From NCBI GenBank assembly GCA_965112155.1, contig OZ218102.1: a DNA stretch of 64,000 bases. One strand, 5' to 3'. Below, piece after piece: positions 60,556-64,000 of the stretch; positions within the stretch are counted from its first letter, which is position 1, and the number at the start of each line of letters is the position of its first letter. This DNA is from Podarcis liolepis. Lineage: Eukaryota. Below the pieces are notes generated by a model, which made no database searches, was not told the origin of the DNA, and was given only the letters and a program-made list of their open reading frames with translations. Both the position numbers and the translations under genes were made by a program.

Positions 60556-61343
60556 GTGAGAAGGATCCTCACTGCTTCTTGTTTGTGTCCCCTCCCCTTT
60601 TGCTCATTGCTTCCCTCCTCCCAGATGCTGCTCTGCTGTTGTCCTGCACACAATATCTCATCCAGGAGCAAGCAGGGGACTCTTGAAGAAGTGCCTTGAC
60701 TGCTTGACCCCAGAGGTTAAATGCCCCAGAGCATTTGCTGTAGCTCTCCAAATGGCTGGTCAGGAGGAAATTGCTCAGCCAGCTATATCTTTGAGAAGGC
60801 AGATTGCAGTGCTGGTTCAGAAGCATCTGTCAGGTAGACTGGACCCTGGGGGATTTTCTCCTTTGCTTCAGGGTTTGTTATTAGTTGCTCCACTTAGCTT
60901 CCAGGCCTGCTTTCAGAAAGAGCCACAGTGGATAAGACATGAGGAAATTATTGGGCTACTTCTAAAGACTAGCTGTTAGTGAAATAGCTTCTGGGGAAGT
61001 TGAGGGTGACTCTTCTTTCTTGGAGGTTTGAAAAGAAGCTTGGCCAGGGATCAGTGAATGTGCTTTAGCTATGTCACCTTGGAGCAGATGTTGGATTTAA
61101 TGAGTGGCTTTCCATGGTGCCAGAAGTCAAGTGGGAGTTCCTCAATAAGATGATCAGCAACGGTTCACAAACTTCTCTGAAACGCTGCTTGCCCACCTTT
61201 CCCTGCAACACAGAGTTTTCTTAGGGCAACACTTAACATGGGACAACAGTGTTGATGAGGCACAGCTGACGTTAGTGTCCCTAGAATGTGCCCTCTGCAA
61301 CACCCAGGGATTCCACGGCGGCTGATCTGGGGATCACAGGCTA

Positions 61344-61382
<39 letters not shown>
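61344..61382. repeat. (AATC)n microsatellite
   Basis: About 9 AATC units. Confidence 0.95.
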
Positions 61383-61383
<1 letters not shown>

Positions 61384-61502
61384 TGGACCCTGTTCCTTGA
61401 ATATGGATTGATTCAGATAATCCACTGGATTCCTTCCATTTCTGGTTCTATAGCTCTACTTCCTTGTGTATTCCTTGTGCATTAACTAGGTCCTTCTTTC
61501 AG

Positions 61503-61656
61503 TTTGCCAGGAAGAGCGAGTCCTCTGTGCCTGTGACCAAGAGCCAAAGTCTCACAGCGCTTCCTGGATCCATATGTACCCCTCCAGCTGAATGCACGAC
61601 CCACCGGTATTTTGGCTCCTTCTCAGGTCTTTACTCCGCCTCTGCCAGCATTCAAG
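61503..61656 (+). CDS. RUBCN: RUBCN coding exon 6
   Basis: FARKSESSVPVTKSQSLTALPGSICTPPAECTTHRYFGSFSGLYSASASIQ; 154 nt; donor AG|GTGAAA. Confidence 0.88.
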
Positions 61657-61771
61657 GTGAAAGCTCCAGCACCTCAAAGTGCAGTAGTTTAGGTTGTGCT
61701 TTTCTGTTGCTATTTCTGTTTCTTAAAATACTCAAGTCCCTGCTTCCCCTTCTTTCCCCACCTCTTTCCAG

Positions 61772-62320
61772 ACAGGAGACCATCAAACACTTGGGTTTGC
61801 AGCGGCACCAGCCAGCCTCAGGAAAACTCCCAGTGTGCCTCATCTCATTGGCAGCCGGAGGGCAGGTCCCCCCAGTGGCAAGCCGCTCCTCTCCCTCACC
61901 TCACCGTCTCTCCCCCGAAAGATGCCTCCCTTCCTGGTGAGATGAGCGCCAGCACCTCGGCCAACGATGACTCGTGGGCAGCCAGCCAGGATGACACAGA
62001 CGGGCCAGAATACCTGGCGATTGGGAACCTGGGCCGGCAGAGTCGGGCTTGCGGTAGCCCAGCCCAGTCTGGCACATCCACTAGCAACAGTGCTGAGAGC
62101 AGCACCTCCAACCTGTTTTCGTCCAGCAGCTCCCAAAAGCAGTCCGTTTCCTCCTTGGGAGATCAGGGAGCAAGTGGTGGTAGCAGCAGCAGCCGAGGGA
62201 TGAGCCTCTTTCGTAGGTCCAGCTTCTCAGAGGGTCAGACGGCAGCTTCCTATGGGGCGCTCAAGAGGAGCCATGTACGCTCCCATTCAGACACCAATGT
62301 GGCCTCTGGGAAAACTCACG
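61772..62320 (+). CDS. RUBCN: RUBCN coding exon 7 (serine-rich region); gene continues beyond the window
   Basis: ...GPEYLAIGNL...SNSAESSTSNLFSSSSSQK...RRSSFSEGQT...KRSHVRSHSDT...; 549 nt, phase 1-1; donor G|GTAAG. Confidence 0.92.
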
Positions 62321-63755
62321 GTAAGGTGTGGGCGAAAGAGTTGGATATTTTACGACTGCTGCTGTTGAGCACAGACTCAGCTGCCTCTGGAAAAGCTTTC
62401 AACTTCTGTAATGGTCCCTGCCCACTTAACAGAAAAGACAGGATTTGCATGAAAGGTGTTACAATGAATGAATAGCAGAAATGATGTACAAGGCAACCAA
62501 GCCCTACCCTCCCACCCATACTTGCTATAGCTCAGGCTTTTGCAGCGGTGGGGGGGATCTTTTTGGTTGGTTCCATGGGCCAGGTCCTTATCAGAATTGG
62601 CTTTGTGGGCCAAATTTGACGGGTGTTCAGAACCACCCACCTGTCAAAATCCCTAGCAGGAGCGATGTCAAAATGGAGGTGAGGGCAGGTGTTTCACAAA
62701 GCGTTTTTGTAAACCACTCTGAAGTGCCTCATACCCACCTTTCAACCTTGCTCCAGCTCCGAAGAGCAAAAGGCTAAGCTGATCAGCGGAGATTAAATCC
62801 TGCTTCCTTGGCTGCAGGATCCTGTTCCCTGCTTGGAACAGGGTGTGCAGCCGAGGTAGCATGAAACCCTGTTCTCCTGCCCATCAGCTGACATCAGCAG
62901 GGGGCGTGGCTTGAGAGAAAATGGTTTTGTGAGCCAAACTGATTGCTCTATGTTGTGGGTGGAACATAGGAAGCCCTTTTCATGGGAACAGAGGAAGTTG
63001 CCTTACACTGACTCAGGCTATTGGTCCATCCAGCTCAGTAATGTCTACATACTGACTGACAGCTCTCCAGGGTTTCTTATGGGGGGTTTCTCCAAGCCCT
63101 ACATCTGCATGCAAAGCAGAGGTTGTACCACTGAACTGGTGCCCTTCCTATGGTGTTGTATTAAAGACTAATTCTGAGCTGAGTTTTGAAAGGCTTTGTT
63201 AAAGAAGCAGGTCTTGAGGGGGGAGCTAGAAATTTGGTGAACAGAAAGTTGCAGCTGTGTGGCACTTCTCAATACCTTTTTAAATCCCCCCCTCCTTGTC
63301 CCACTTTGCCCCCGTCAGTCAACCTGGTTCACCTTTCCCTTTGATTTGTGACATACTTCATAGATGGTCTTAGGGGAGCAGGTAGAAGGAGATCAAGCTG
63401 GGAAGATGAGCTGTTATAATTATCAGAGAAAAGCAGACAGGGAGCTCCCAAAGCAAGTGGTCAAAATTCATGGCCGAATAATCCATATTTCATGAACCCA
63501 CTGTTGCCCATGTCTGCCAGTCACCCTCATCTCCTGTGATGCCCCTTCTCAAATGCTTTCCTTGGCTGCCTTCCCATCCCTTCATTTCCAGCAGAAATTC
63601 CTTGGCTCTCCTGCCTCTAAAGCTGGCCACAGCCTTGCTATTCCTGTGGTTTCCTTTACAGAGCTGTCTGTGACTTTGGTCTTCTAACCACAGCTGTGTG
63701 ATGATCTTCCACCACAACTTGCCTGTTCTCCTTTCCCACCCTTCAGTTAGAATAA

Positions 63756-63907
63756 TAGAATCATAGAATTGTAGAGCTGGAATGGACCCTGAGGGTCATC
63801 TAGTCTGACCCCCTGCAATGCAGGAATATGCAGCTGTCCCTTATGGGGATCGAACCTGCAACCTTGGCATTATCAGCACCATGCTCTAACCAACTGAGCT
63901 ATCCAGT
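63756..63907 (-). mobile_element. SINE with tRNA-Ile-like head and CR1-derived tail (Squam2-like)
   Basis: Minus strand reads TAGCTCAGTTGGTTAGAGCATGGTGCTGATAATGCCAAGGTTGCAGGTTCGATCCC plus CR1 tail. Confidence 0.8.
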
Positions 63908-64000
63908 TGTGGAAGTCCCTCTCTGGACAAGTACAAGAGGCCATCTCCCTTCTTTCACATCCCCCCTCAAACCCTTCCTTTCCCCCCTGTGCAACATTTC

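Noticed and set aside
62321-64000. Further RUBCN exons
   Set aside because: No segment with splice sites and Rubicon-like translation recognised before the window end.

Overview
Vertebrate genomic DNA, almost certainly a squamate and probably a lacertid lizard (Sauria SINEs, BovB, CR1, L2). It carries the LRCH3-FYTTD1-RUBCN gene order known from amniotes. LRCH3 exon 1 is on the minus strand (ATG 14594), and its intron 1 runs off the left edge. FYTTD1/UIF is complete on the minus strand (9 coding exons, 38203-19176, 927 nt = 308 aa, all splice phases consistent). The first 7 coding exons of RUBCN (Rubicon) are on the plus strand (41768-62320), and the gene continues past the right edge. Each gene has its own CpG-island promoter. 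Introns and spacers are full of SINEs, LINE fragments and MITEs. Most notable observations: (1) a 576-bp gap-free copy of the 5' part of FYTTD1 intron 6 sits in intron 3 of the same gene between 15-bp direct repeats and stops 7 nt short of the splice donor; (2) a Penelope-like insertion carries a minimal hammerhead ribozyme motif; (3) a strong-Kozak uORF ends just upstream of the RUBCN start codon; (4) a ~36-bp G/C-run minisatellite abuts LRCH3 exon 1; (5) a TIR element has a 6-bp TSD. Gene and repeat-family names come from recognition of sequence, not database searches.
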